The notes below the pieces were generated by a model. That model worked only from the letters and a program-made list of their open reading frames with translations, searched no databases and was not told where the DNA came from. This document shows positions 39,603 to 50,785 of a stretch of 64,000 nucleotides of DNA, in pieces; positions within the stretch are counted from its first letter, which is position 1, and the number at the start of each line of letters is the position of its first letter. The DNA is taken from positions 4,558 through 68,557 of IMG/VR virus record IMGVR_UViG_3300010354_000073; one strand, 5' to 3'. The position numbers and the translations under genes were made by a program. Source of the stretch: a virus.

Positions 39603-42600
39603 TCAACTGCAAGTTCTTAAATATTGACCTGCTGGGTGTGATTCTATTTCTGTGTTGTCGTATCCTCTAATTACACCAGTAAATGAACCAAATGATTTGC
39701 CAGAATAGTAAACGACTTCTTTGCCAACTAATAGCTTACCACTTGATGGGAAACTAGATGTATTTACCACATATAATGTCGTATCAGAAGGACTTACAGA
39801 AGAATCCAAATACATTCCATATTCATTTACGGATGGAGGAGCATAATTTATTATTTGACCTGTTGTAGTGACACTAGTATAATTCCTCGATCTATTCAAA
39901 TCATATTCTTCAAGAGAAGATAGGTCTATATGCTTCTCCAACATTTCGATAGAATAACCAGATACATTCATAACTCCAACATCATTATATAAATTGTCTA
40001 TAAAATTGTAGACAGTTGTTCCAAGTTTACCTAAAGAATAAAATTCATTGTGATCTGTTCCCAACTCAAGATAATCTATTACTCCTCCAACATAAGATAA
40101 CGTTCTTTCTATAGAAGAAGAAATTGAAATTGTTGGAACTATTGACTGAATTTTAGTTTTATGAATCAGTGATATATTAGAAATACTATCAACACTAACA
40201 CCCAAACTTAAAGAAGATACATGCTCAGTTGTTGATTTTATTATTTCTACTTTTGAAAAAACAGATACTGATAGATTTATTTGTCTTTCGGAATTTGCTG
40301 GTGTTATTACTGGAACAGAAGAATAATAAGTTTCAATTTGTATTCTATTGTATAGATTTGTGCTTGATGATATAGTGACAAGAGAAGGATTGATATTAGA
40401 AGCTACACTAATTGAAGTAACACTATCAATTTTTCTATTTTCTCTAATAATATCATATCCTCTAGCAACAACAACTTTTGGTGGTTGAGTATATCCAAAT
40501 CCTTTGTTAATTAAAACAACATCAATAACCTGTCCATCATATATTATGACTTCTGCTTTAGCGCCTCCACCATTTTCATCTTCTGGAATAAAATGTAAGA
40601 TTGGATTTGTGTAGTATTGATATGCTGTTGGTTGTAAAAGAATATTGTCTTCAAAATATATTTCTAATTCTCTTTTATTCCATATAATTTCATTTACTTC
40701 ACCATCTCTAATTCTTGCTGCTACACTTAATCCTTCTCCTCTAGTAATGTCATTGTAGTTAGAAACGCCAATTTTAGTGTAAATTTCTGAAGAAACTTGA
40801 TGGTTGTTATTAAATTGTTTTGATTTTACTTTGGATGGAATATATTTTATTTCTCTGTAATCATTTTCACCATCAATTTTAATTCTATCACCTGGCAAAA
40901 TGTTTGCAGATAATCTCTTCACCTCATTCCAAAGAAGGTCTTGTAATGACGTTTTATAGTAATAACGGTTTATTTCTCTAGATAATACACGATTACCATC
41001 TTCATTTGTTTCAAACACTATTGAAACAGAAATATCAGATAATGAAAATTCTTCCGTATTTTTTAAATTAGAATTACTGGTAAACTTTAATGGTAATGCA
41101 TCATCGTAATCGACATTATTATTAGAAATTAATGTCAATTTCCAGTCAGTAGAGTTAATTTTTTCGTCGTATAATACTTTTCCAAAAATACTATTATCTT
41201 GATAAACCCAAACAACATCATTTGATTTTTTACCATAATATGATTTAAAATCATTGTATGAATTTACTCCAGAAATAGTTAATTCTGTGTAGTTGTAGTA
41301 GCAAGAAGGTTCAAAATCATATAATGTTATAGTTTTTTCTAAATCTCTTCCATATAAGAGTAAAATTGAAACATCAACTGTTTTTTCTTCTCCAGTTTTT
41401 GCTATAGAATAATTTAATCTGTTGGTAAATGTTATTAATGATCCATTAATAACATAAGATTCTATTTCTCTTTGCAAAACGCCATCAACAAAAACTAAAG
41501 CATATTTTGAATCATCTATACGAACAACTCTATTTGTAACTTCGTCTATCAATAAATATGGTCCACCACCTTTAAACTTAATTAATGATTTTGGTATCGT
41601 TAGTCGAGTATAATTTCCTATAGAATATATAAACGACTTCTCGGATCCGTCAACTTGTTTTTCTGGAGATTGATATAAATCTTCGTGATTAATTGGTGGA
41701 GATGAGAATACAATTTTGTCTGTTACTAGTGGATTTTGATCTCTTAGTATGTAATATGAATTGCCATATGGCACATCTTTAAATGTTTGAGCTTTTTGAA
41801 CAACACCGTTTAATGTTACGATTAAATTTTCATTTAATTCAGTTTTGACAATAGAGTTGTCTTGATAGTATAAGTCAAATTCTTTTTTAATTCCATCAAA
41901 TTCAGAATCAATTGATCTTAATTTTCTCAAATAACGAGAATTAAAAGAATTGTTCTTGAATTTTATAAATTTACAATAGAATTTTTGTGATTCTACTGAT
42001 TGCCCTTCAACTATTCTTGGTCCGAATGGAGGAGTATCAAATGTAATTGAAGAACCAGAAACTGTATATGCTAATCCTGGTTCTTGAATGACACCATCTA
42101 AAGTTACTATTAACTGCTGAGAATTATATGGAGTAATTGCTAAACCAGTTTTTTTGTCTAATAAATTAAATGTTTTTGTGCCGACAACTTGACCTGTTGA
42201 CGGATTAAAGTTTCCATTAAATGGAGAACTTAAAATAATTTCTCCAGCGAGCGTTTCTGAATTATCATATGTGTCAACAGATATTGAACCAATTCCTCTT
42301 TCAACTTTCAAGGAATCAGTAGATAATACTGTTTCTGTAATATATCTTTTTGTATCAACAACTGTTACTGTTTTAGGAGAAAGATTTATATGTGTTATAT
42401 TTTGGAACGATGAAGATGAATTCATCTTTCCTACAGCATCACTTTCAATAATAATTTCACCAAACAGTTTAAATCCTGCTGGGTGAGTAGTTTGTTTTAT
42501 TAAATCTCTCCAAACATTTACTCCTGTTTTTGATTTGATAACATAAGAATAATCTTGATAGAAATCAGAATTAGTTATTCTTTGAGAAGCTGCACTAATT

Positions 42601-45600
42601 TTACCTTTTTCCGAAACATACGATCCGTAGTTGTCAAAATAACTTCTTATATCTTCAGCAAACGAAGAAACAAATATTTCTGAAATATTAACTATACTTT
42701 GCTTTGATGTACCATACAACGGCAAATCTTTATCGCAGGTTCCAGAAACTTTTTCTAATTTTAATAAATTACTTCCTTTAATCCACCCAATCTTAGAAAC
42801 ATAACCAGAGAATATTTCTTCATAAGACCCATTAATATTTTTTCTTTGTATTACTCGTTCTCCAGGAGAAAAAGCATCTACACTATGGTTGTTAACGAAT
42901 ATATTATAATTTGATATAAAATTAGATCGAAGGGATTTATCTGTGTGAAAAGAAGCACCATTAGATATAATTTTAACCGCTTGCGGAACGCCAATTGAAT
43001 TTGACCTAAAAAATAATTTTACATCCGTCTCTACAATTTTTACTGTAGGGGTGTAGGTATAATTTTTCCCTTTATTTTTAACAATAACGTTCAATATCTT
43101 TCCATTTAAATGAATGACTTCAAAAGTTGCGCCATACCCATCGCCATCAACAATAACAGCTTTTGGTTTTGAATAATCACTTCCAGTAGAAACCACAGAT
43201 ATAGAATTTATATTTTTTTCTATTGCATTATAATTTACTGATAAAACAGCATCGTTTTCTTGTGTTACAAAAACTCCTTCTACAATAGGTAATTGTTTGT
43301 AATTTGATCCAAAATTTTCTATAGAAATGGAATTTATTTTTCCTACAGCAAATTTGGAAGACGTAGTGTATTCAATAATTCCAGAACCATCATATTGAGG
43401 GTAGGAATTAATTTTATAAACAAAACGATTACTTGTTGTGGATATTATACTTTTGGGACCAGATAATGAATCTTCAACTACATTTAAATAAGAAGATTGT
43501 GAGTTTATCTTTTTACTGGAAGATCTAGTGTAGTAATAATATTTTGAATAATTAATTGGACGTTTTTTGACAAATGTATTTGTATTTAAATATGAACCGA
43601 ATCCCAATTTCAATAAAACGTAAGAATTTGGAGATCCAGGTTCTATATCTGACGCCTTTTTTTCTGTGGTTACGACATTTAAATTAATGCTAGGAGAAAA
43701 ATCTAAATAAACTCCAGTCATAGAGGAATGACTAGTATCAAATTTATATTTGTAATATTTTTGAATGTTTAATATTGGATTGATATCAAAATTTGTATTA
43801 TCTTTAGAAAATTCCAGTAAATATTCTGGTGAAAATACTTCAGAAAGCTTTATTTGTTTTGCTGGTGTGCTAGAATCATAAAAAGAACTACTTTGAACAA
43901 CCGATTGGGGTGATGTCGTAGTATAATCATATTTTAAAATCAACTCATTTGTCAGTTTGTTATAAGAATGAACATAAGGAGAATTAGCAGATGTTCCTAA
44001 AGGTCTAAACCCAGCAATAAAGTTGTAGAAATTGGAATCTAATAATATATCAGTATTGTTATAATGATTGGTGGGAATTGTGGAGAATTTTCCACGAACA
44101 ACGGTTAATTTCTTTTCTCCAGAATTAATTGCAGTAACTTCGACTAGTTCGCTGTTTATTTTTAAAATATCGTTTACAGATATACCAGTAACATCATTTA
44201 CAAATAAAGAAGTATTAGATAAAGAAAATCCAACATGGTCTACAAATATTTTTAATCTTTGTGTCGAAACACTAGGAGAAATTCTTGATAAAGATGCATC
44301 GGTTACTGTTAATTCGTCTCCTTTTCTGTAATCAGATCCTTTTGAAGTTATAACTACACTAGTTACTTTTCCTTGACTTGATACTGTAATAGTTGCTCTC
44401 GCATTCTTAACATCACCAGATCTACCTATATTTGTTCTTGCCTTCGTTTGGTCAGCAAAAATTAATTCGACATTTAGGTAAATATTTGGCGTGTAAGAAG
44501 CGCCACTATTTAACAAATCAAAAGAACCAATTCCAGTATCTAAAATTTGAGAATTAATTGATGGGGGAGATAAAATAATTTTTTGGTAATATCTATTTCT
44601 AACATAATATGTGGTTTGAGTGGTAGAATCATCTGGATTGATATCTACAGTAACTTGATCACCTACAGTTAAGTTATGAACACTTGAAGTTTTAACGATT
44701 GCAATTTTGTCATCTAGTGAGTTTATACTTATATTCTTACTTAACGAAGATACAGAAATTATTTTGGAACCAACTGTGTCTACTAAACTGCTACTCTTTA
44801 AAAATCTATCGTTATCGACAACAAAAGTTCCTGTTAAAACCCTAACCTTTATTGAATTTTGATTTGAAGTATTTTCTAGTACAATGCCAGTTGCTATTGC
44901 AGGATTAATTGAATCCGTTAATTCAATTTGAGAATTTACAGTATAAGATGAATTTTGATCAACTAATATATTAACAACCTCAATATCAGCATTTATTATG
45001 GATTGTTGATTAAAAGTTCCAGATACGTTTCTTAAAATTAATGAATTAGAATCAAATACGTTTCCAATTAATTGCCCAACGGCAGATGTAGAAGGTTGTC
45101 TAATATAATCATTTTCAAATACATAAACGTTTTGAGTGGTATCAATTTTTAATGATTTCGTTTGCTTACATTCGATTGATTCTACTTGTTTTCCATATAC
45201 TGAAGACACCGATGCCGCTGCATCAGAACCACTGGTATTTTCGTTATTAATAAACAACTTGCAATCAACGGAGAAAGAATCTACTGAATCTTGAATTTCA
45301 ACTTCAGAAACGCCGCCATTAGACGATAGATCAACAATGCCAACAAAATCATCTCCATTTTTTTGAATAGAAGAAGTTCTTAATCTTCTACAAGCAGATG
45401 GTAAATTATATTGAGATATTGAAGAATTGTAATTTGAATCTACAGGAAGAGAATAATAATTTTTACCGACAATGTATGGAAATACAGGATTGTTTGAGGA
45501 ATCTATAGTTATGAAATAAGCATACACACCGTTTGGATAATCTGGTGTGATACAAAATCTACCATTATTCTCATCCAGTTTAGATTTAAATGAGGATACT

Positions 45601-48086
45601 GTAGTCACATATTCATAATCATCAATAAAAGATCCTAATGGATAAGAAGATACTAATGGACCGTTTGTTCTTGAAGATTTTAAAACATAACCACTTTCCA
45701 TTCTAACGATTCCAGAAGAAGCGTTGAAAGGATCTGAATAACCAAAAGGACCATATATTGGATTGCCGTCATAAGCATAACCCAAAATAGGTGAGTGTGT
45801 TTTGAGAGATGGTTCAACAAAGGTGTTTGATAAATTATCATTTAATCCAATTCTCAAACGTTTTGGATTACCCACGACTCCATAAACATATTTTTTAGCA
45901 GTGGATGTTCTGGAATCAAAGGTTTCAAATAAAGTTCCATTATTATCATCTAAAGAAGAACCTCTTCTTCTAATTCTATTCTTTATCCACCTTTTAATAT
46001 CAACTTCTACTATAGATGGACTTGTTTTTGCATCTTCTATAACTTGTACAATAACGTTTTCCTGTGTATAAAATTTTCCTTCGGCAATCTTTTCAAAATC
46101 AATTAATTTACCATCCAAAGAAATAATTGCTTTGTACTCTGCAAATTTTCCTCTGCCAGATAAATCTGTGATTACAATAGATGGAGGGGAAGAATAATAT
46201 TCTCCTGGGTTATCGATTTGTAAACTTGTTATTTTACCACTAGTGACAATCGCTCTAACTAATGCATTTCTTCCAGAAGTGATAGTAATTTCTGGAACTT
46301 CTGTAAATGTCTCACTTGTTTCGATATTGATATCTTGCAATACTTCACCAGCAAGAACAGATGATGCTTTTCCAGGAATATTATTAATCAAAACATAAGG
46401 AGGTTTTTTGTATCCAGTTCCTTTTCTTATAATTTTTGTTTCTGTAATTTGACCATACGAAACATATTCCTGATCCTTATATCCAAAAGCAAGAGTGCCA
46501 TTTACAAAAATACCAACATCAGAATCTGTGGTTGAATAAACTTCAGTGGTGGTGGTTGGTGTTTTTCTGATTAAACGTAGTATTTTTTCGTCTGAAGGAA
46601 TTCTAGTTTCGTCAGCAGTTAAAAATTGATGTGATGGCATTCCAGATGAACAAATATAATAGTATTGATCATCTTCAAAAATAGCAGAAACATCAGAAAT
46701 GATATCTGATATTGATGCTTGAATAGTTGGATTTAAGAAAGCGTTGGGTAATGCATTAGTTTCATTAATAACCCATCTTGTTGTATTTGTACTTGGATTC
46801 CTTATAATTGGATCTGTTGTTTCAAAACCTGGAGATGATAATTGTATCTTTTCTCCATCTATAGAATATGGAGAAGCATTATCAACGTTTAGATTATAGA
46901 TTATGCCGAGAATTAAAAATGATACATCACTACAAGATACAGTAGAATAACTGTAAACTTTAGATCCAACTATATGAGTTGATGCTGAAGATCTTTTTTC
47001 GATATAAAATTGATTTACACTTTTATCATTAAATTGAATGACTTCATTGTTTACCAATATTCTTCCTGTCTTCTCTTTCCACCCTAGAGTCGAAAAAACA
47101 TTAATTTTTTTGCCAGTTACATCTGAAGGAAGAATCTGCTTTTTTAAAATTGTTTTTGCTGCTACTTCAAATTTTCCATTTACACTAGAAGGGTCTAAAA
47201 TGATTTCATAGATGTCTTCATTGTCTACAGTACCTCTAAAAACAACATTATCAACAATTGCAGAAGCATAGAGCATTTCTGGTCTATTTTCATCAAGAGA
47301 TTGAACAATCTGTTTCCCTATAATCCCTATTGGTGAACCAGATAAAACTTTAACTTTTAGTGAATAAGTAGAAACCCAATCTGCAGTGGATGCTTTCAGA
47401 GTATAATCTTTTGGATAATAAACTTCAGGAACTTCTTGCTGTTCTCTAGATATGATAGAATTGAAAATAAATTTGATTGATTTATCAGTTCCCTTGGAAC
47501 TATAAAAATCTCCTATATTTTTGATAAGGGTTCTTTTATCAATTTGACCCTTTAAATATTTTTCTGGGAATGTATTTAAATACTGCGACTCAAAACTTTT
47601 TACAAAAGCATACAAAAATAAATTACTAATATTGTATACAGTTTCTCCAGATTGGTGAGATGCTGCGATTGTAGTTACAAATTCTGAAGATTCGTATAAA
47701 TCTCCGAGAGTTATGTTACCACTTACACCACGAGATACCTGTAAGAATGAAGTAGATGTCTTTTGCTTGTAAAAACAAATTTCGTCTCCAATTTTGATGT
47801 ATCCATTCTTAGATGGAAACGACGAAGTATCCGATACAGTAATTGTTGTATCGGAAGAAGAAGTGTTTAATGTTAAAGTAGTAGATTGATTTAGTAAATT
47901 CTCTTCATAATAATCAATATCTCTATACTTTGTGATATTATTAATGATATCGAGAGGATTACCTTGATTCTCTAGATGCTCGTAATATCTTTCTACAACT
48001 TTGGTAAAATTTTCATACTCTGCTGTAATAAATGATGGAAGTTGATCCTCAATAAGAGTAGAAATTTTTCTGGATGTTTGAGCCAT
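39603..48086 (-). CDS. gp7: Baseplate wedge initiator gp7 (expanded, with YHYH-like insert)
   Basis: LIEDQLPSFI, LIKNIGDFYSSKGT, FYQDYSYVIKS, HPAGFKLFGE; HSPILGYAYDGNPIYGP...LDENNGRF; lies between gp6 and gp8. Confidence 0.85.
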   Translation of the reverse strand: MAQTSRKISTLIEDQLPSFITAEYENFTKVVERYYEHLENQGNPLDIINNITKYRDIDYYEENLLNQSTTLTLNTSSSDTTITVSDTSSFPSKNGYIKIGDEICFYKQKTSTSFLQVSRGVSGNITLGDLYESSEFVTTIAASHQSGETVYNISNLFLYAFVKSFESQYLNTFPEKYLKGQIDKRTLIKNIGDFYSSKGTDKSIKFIFNSIISREQQEVPEVYYPKDYTLKASTADWVSTYSLKVKVLSGSPIGIIGKQIVQSLDENRPEMLYASAIVDNVVFRGTVDNEDIYEIILDPSSVNGKFEVAAKTILKKQILPSDVTGKKINVFSTLGWKEKTGRILVNNEVIQFNDKSVNQFYIEKRSSASTHIVGSKVYSYSTVSCSDVSFLILGIIYNLNVDNASPYSIDGEKIQLSSPGFETTDPIIRNPSTNTTRWVINETNALPNAFLNPTIQASISDIISDVSAIFEDDQYYYICSSGMPSHQFLTADETRIPSDEKILRLIRKTPTTTTEVYSTTDSDVGIFVNGTLAFGYKDQEYVSYGQITETKIIRKGTGYKKPPYVLINNIPGKASSVLAGEVLQDINIETSETFTEVPEITITSGRNALVRAIVTSGKITSLQIDNPGEYYSSPPSIVITDLSGRGKFAEYKAIISLDGKLIDFEKIAEGKFYTQENVIVQVIEDAKTSPSIVEVDIKRWIKNRIRRRGSSLDDNNGTLFETFDSRTSTAKKYVYGVVGNPKRLRIGLNDNLSNTFVEPSLKTHSPILGYAYDGNPIYGPFGYSDPFNASSGIVRMESGYVLKSSRTNGPLVSSYPLGSFIDDYEYVTTVSSFKSKLDENNGRFCITPDYPNGVYAYFITIDSSNNPVFPYIVGKNYYSLPVDSNYNSSISQYNLPSACRRLRTSSIQKNGDDFVGIVDLSSNGGVSEVEIQDSVDSFSVDCKLFINNENTSGSDAAASVSSVYGKQVESIECKQTKSLKIDTTQNVYVFENDYIRQPSTSAVGQLIGNVFDSNSLILRNVSGTFNQQSIINADIEVVNILVDQNSSYTVNSQIELTDSINPAIATGIVLENTSNQNSIKVRVLTGTFVVDNDRFLKSSSLVDTVGSKIISVSSLSKNISINSLDDKIAIVKTSSVHNLTVGDQVTVDINPDDSTTQTTYYVRNRYYQKIILSPPSINSQILDTGIGSFDLLNSGASYTPNIYLNVELIFADQTKARTNIGRSGDVKNARATITVSSQGKVTSVVITSKGSDYRKGDELTVTDASLSRISPSVSTQRLKIFVDHVGFSLSNTSLFVNDVTGISVNDILKINSELVEVTAINSGEKKLTVVRGKFSTIPTNHYNNTDILLDSNFYNFIAGFRPLGTSANSPYVHSYNKLTNELILKYDYTTTSPQSVVQSSSFYDSSTPAKQIKLSEVFSPEYLLEFSKDNTNFDINPILNIQKYYKYKFDTSHSSMTGVYLDFSPSINLNVVTTEKKASDIEPGSPNSYVLLKLGFGSYLNTNTFVKKRPINYSKYYYYTRSSSKKINSQSSYLNVVEDSLSGPKSIISTTSNRFVYKINSYPQYDGSGIIEYTTSSKFAVGKINSISIENFGSNYKQLPIVEGVFVTQENDAVLSVNYNAIEKNINSISVVSTGSDYSKPKAVIVDGDGYGATFEVIHLNGKILNVIVKNKGKNYTYTPTVKIVETDVKLFFRSNSIGVPQAVKIISNGASFHTDKSLRSNFISNYNIFVNNHSVDAFSPGERVIQRKNINGSYEEIFSGYVSKIGWIKGSNLLKLEKVSGTCDKDLPLYGTSKQSIVNISEIFVSSFAEDIRSYFDNYGSYVSEKGKISAASQRITNSDFYQDYSYVIKSKTGVNVWRDLIKQTTHPAGFKLFGEIIIESDAVGKMNSSSSFQNITHINLSPKTVTVVDTKRYITETVLSTDSLKVERGIGSISVDTYDNSETLAGEIILSSPFNGNFNPSTGQVVGTKTFNLLDKKTGLAITPYNSQQLIVTLDGVIQEPGLAYTVSGSSITFDTPPFGPRIVEGQSVESQKFYCKFIKFKNNSFNSRYLRKLRSIDSEFDGIKKEFDLYYQDNSIVKTELNENLIVTLNGVVQKAQTFKDVPYGNSYYILRDQNPLVTDKIVFSSPPINHEDLYQSPEKQVDGSEKSFIYSIGNYTRLTIPKSLIKFKGGGPYLLIDEVTNRVVRIDDSKYALVFVDGVLQREIESYVINGSLITFTNRLNYSIAKTGEEKTVDVSILLLYGRDLEKTITLYDFEPSCYYNYTELTISGVNSYNDFKSYYGKKSNDVVWVYQDNSIFGKVLYDEKINSTDWKLTLISNNNVDYDDALPLKFTSNSNLKNTEEFSLSDISVSIVFETNEDGNRVLSREINRYYYKTSLQDLLWNEVKRLSANILPGDRIKIDGENDYREIKYIPSKVKSKQFNNNHQVSSEIYTKIGVSNYNDITRGEGLSVAARIRDGEVNEIIWNKRELEIYFEDNILLQPTAYQYYTNPILHFIPEDENGGGAKAEVIIYDGQVIDVVLINKGFGYTQPPKVVVARGYDIIRENRKIDSVTSISVASNINPSLVTISSSTNLYNRIQIETYYSSVPVITPANSERQINLSVSVFSKVEIIKSTTEHVSSLSLGVSVDSISNISLIHKTKIQSIVPTISISSSIERTLSYVGGVIDYLELGTDHNEFYSLGKLGTTVYNFIDNLYNDVGVMNVSGYSIEMLEKHIDLSSLEEYDLNRSRNYTSVTTTGQIINYAPPSVNEYGMYLDSSVSPSDTTLYVVNTSSFPSSGKLLVGKEVVYYSGKSFGSFTGVIRGYDNTEIESHPAGQYLRTCS

Positions 48087-48091
48087 CTATA

Positions 48092-49894
48092 TTACTCTTG
48101 ATACGCAGTAAATTTACTATTTGTGATGTCAACATCAAGATACATTTCTCTTAATGCAACAATATCATTATATTTTGGTCTCACTCTAACTTCTATTTTG
48201 TTATCAAAGAAACTGCCTTTGATGATGGTAAGATCATATAGCATTATCTCACCAGAATCATATTTAATATCACCAACATAATCTTTAACAACGATTTTGT
48301 CGCCAGTTAAAGAATCTAATCTATATAGCAGAATTTTACCACCCTTATCTTCCAAATACACTGTAAATGTTGGGTATTCACTCAATACAAATCCAGTTGA
48401 AGATAATACAGGCGAAACATCACCATCGTAATCAAATGCGTTGTTAAAACACAACTCATAAAAATATGTTGAGTTGATACCAGGATAAAAATCCTTACGC
48501 ATCATGACAGTAGTTCTATTTGAATTGATTGAACGATCAGCATCATCAATTACACCGACCATCTTACTATATCTAAACTTACCACCAAACTTTTCAACAT
48601 CTGCAGATGCAATATAAGTTTCAACACCAGTGATTACTTTTTTACGAATATCTTCTGGAGTTGCAGTTGTTTTCTTCTTATCGTAAAAAATACCAGATGT
48701 CAATTCAATATACAAAATTGAAGGGTTGACGATTTCTGGAGTTACCGAACCTACACAGTATGATTTCAGAGAAGTAATAATTTGATTTTTAGTATATGAT
48801 GACAACAACGCCGCATTTTCTGGTTTAATTGAAATTTTTACCTTTCCATATTCTGGTGGATTTGCGTCTTCTCCGCCAAAAACAATAATATCCGAAATAG
48901 CAGGATAAATGTTGCGGACAATCGCAGCATAATCTGCAGAAGTTACCGCACGATTCTGCGTACTGTAGAATTTTGGTGCATTAAATTTAATTTTGGAAAT
49001 GCTTTCAATGTCTGCACCGCCATTTGCTGCGGAAACTGTGTTAATATTGTTGATTACAGTTACATAACCAGTTCCATTTTCGTCTGTCAATACGCCATTA
49101 AACGTAAATGTCTTGGCACCATTGGTTTCTGGACCATTTGTGACCAAATAAGAGATCTCGACAACCTCACCATTCTGTAAACTTCTACCTAGTATTCCGT
49201 CACCAAAGAAAATTTCATAACGCTCATCTTCGATTTCGTCAATGAAATAACTCTTTGTATCTGCGGTTAAATCTAAAATGCTATCAGCGGGACTGTAATA
49301 CTCAAATGAAGAGTTTAAATCCGAACCATACACTCTCACCACAATTGAATTTGTATCAACGCCAGGGTTATCAATGATAAATCTTTGATTTGAAAGTGAA
49401 GTATTTACGATGTAGTTATCAGTAACAACAGAACCCTCGTAAAAATCAATGCTATCAAATGATGCTGTTGTTCCCGTAACAACCTTTTTAACATCATCAA
49501 TCACTACAAATTGATAAAGTTTATTATCATAGTTTGTAATGAATCCAGATCCTCTCTTTAAAATAATTGAGGATGGTAATGTGCCACCAGTAAAATTCAC
49601 ATCAAAACTAATCGATGCTTTTGGTGCAACTCTTGATTTTGGTTTGTATCCTAGTTGTTTTGCAATCGCAATCACGTTATCTCTTAAAGATGCAGAGTCA
49701 AGAAATAACTCATTCACCACCATATTGGTGTTGAACGCTGTGTAATACGTGTTGTAAGCAAGAACATCAAGTAAATTACTCCATACAGAACCTTCAAAAT
49801 CAAAATCAGTAAAATCCGTATAAGATCTTAAATACTCCTTTAACGCTGATTTGATTTGATTGAATTCTAAATTTGCTACCTGTGCGTATGGCAT
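48092..49894 (-). CDS. gp6: Baseplate wedge subunit gp6
   Basis: FTDFDFEGS...LDVLAYNTYY, FLDSASLRDNV, FFGDGILG, QNRAVTSADY, PPEYGKV. Confidence 0.93.
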   Translation of the reverse strand: MPYAQVANLEFNQIKSALKEYLRSYTDFTDFDFEGSVWSNLLDVLAYNTYYTAFNTNMVVNELFLDSASLRDNVIAIAKQLGYKPKSRVAPKASISFDVNFTGGTLPSSIILKRGSGFITNYDNKLYQFVVIDDVKKVVTGTTASFDSIDFYEGSVVTDNYIVNTSLSNQRFIIDNPGVDTNSIVVRVYGSDLNSSFEYYSPADSILDLTADTKSYFIDEIEDERYEIFFGDGILGRSLQNGEVVEISYLVTNGPETNGAKTFTFNGVLTDENGTGYVTVINNINTVSAANGGADIESISKIKFNAPKFYSTQNRAVTSADYAAIVRNIYPAISDIIVFGGEDANPPEYGKVKISIKPENAALLSSYTKNQIITSLKSYCVGSVTPEIVNPSILYIELTSGIFYDKKKTTATPEDIRKKVITGVETYIASADVEKFGGKFRYSKMVGVIDDADRSINSNRTTVMMRKDFYPGINSTYFYELCFNNAFDYDGDVSPVLSSTGFVLSEYPTFTVYLEDKGGKILLYRLDSLTGDKIVVKDYVGDIKYDSGEIMLYDLTIIKGSFFDNKIEVRVRPKYNDIVALREMYLDVDITNSKFTAYQE

Positions 49895-50287
49895 TTATCG
49901 TGTTCTCTCTAGGAAAAAATTGATACTAAATGGTCTGTCTTCTCTACCAATAATTTCAAAGTCAAGTTGCACATCAAACCCATTATCATCATAATTGGGG
50001 GTCGTATCAATGGATAATACCTTAATACGACCCTCATATTTTTTCAAAGTTTCTTGTATTTCACTGTTTATAATCGCTGCAGTTCCAATATCAAGAGGTT
50101 CAAACAAATAAGTTGTAATCGATGAACCCAAATCACTGTCAAAAACTCGCTCGCCCTTATTCGTAAGCAATAAATTAATCACTGCTTGCTTAATAGCAGC
50201 TTCGTTTTTAGCAACAATCAAATCTCCAGTAACTGGGTGTGATTTGAAAGTCACATTTAGATCTTTAAATGTTTGAACCTGTACCAC
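49895..50287 (-). CDS. gp25: Baseplate wedge subunit gp25
   Basis: FKDLNVTFKSHPVTGDL, NLLLTNKGERVFD..LGS, YEGRI, FLERTR. Confidence 0.92.
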   Translation of the reverse strand: MVQVQTFKDLNVTFKSHPVTGDLIVAKNEAAIKQAVINLLLTNKGERVFDSDLGSSITTYLFEPLDIGTAAIINSEIQETLKKYEGRIKVLSIDTTPNYDDNGFDVQLDFEIIGREDRPFSINFFLERTR

Positions 50288-50309
50288 AACTGAAGAAGTT
50301 TATTGTTAT

Positions 50310-50510
50310 TTATGTGCCTTCTTCAAATCTTTCCACAAAATCATCGAAACCATCCACGCCCCCACAGGGTTTAGATAGTCGATCTTCGGGTGGTTTGGTA
50401 TGCCTCATAACCGACGCCTTCTTTAAGAGTTGATCGCTCGCAGGATCTGATATCAGAGTCATTCCCGATTTTTTAAATTCTTCACCAATATCAATTTTTG
50501 AATTTGCCAT
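50310..50510 (-). CDS. Hypothetical protein
   Basis: 66 aa with GGAG SD upstream; SGMTLISDPASD motif. Confidence 0.7.
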   Translation of the reverse strand: MANSKIDIGEEFKKSGMTLISDPASDQLLKKASVMRHTKPPEDRLSKPCGGVDGFDDFVERFEEGT

Positions 50511-50566
50511 CTGTTTTCTCCATTATGGTTAAACAGAACTTTTAAAGGGGTTGCTATCCCTTCATA

Positions 50567-50593
50567 AAAAAAGCGGCATCAAAAGACACCGCC
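50567..50593 (-). terminator. Rho-independent terminator
   Basis: GGCGGTGTC-TTTT-GATGCCGC-TTTTTT on minus strand after the 50600 stop. Confidence 0.65.
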
Positions 50594-50599
50594 ATATGG

Positions 50600-50743
50600 T
50601 CACTTCCCTTGACCTCTATATTTTTTTCTTGCTACGTTTCTGCTGGTAGCAGCATATTTCGTGTTTTTGCCCATACCCTGTCTCGTTGACTTTGGTTTGG
50701 ATTCGATAACTACTTTGGAAGTAAGTGAAGGACGCTTTGCCAT
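50600..50743 (-). CDS. Small basic protein (47 aa, not in ORF track)
   Basis: MAKRPSLTSKVVIESKPKSTRQGMGKNTKYAATSRNVARKKYRGQGK; AGGAG SD; TATAAT at 50767-50772. Confidence 0.8.
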   Translation of the reverse strand: MAKRPSLTSKVVIESKPKSTRQGMGKNTKYAATSRNVARKKYRGQGK

Positions 50744-50785
50744 AGATTCTCCTTGGTAACTTGTATATTATAGCATGGATGTCAA

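Noticed and set aside
50767-50785. TTGACA/TATAAT pair as a canonical sigma70 promoter
   Set aside because: Spacer is only 7 nt; only the -10 box is retained as plausible
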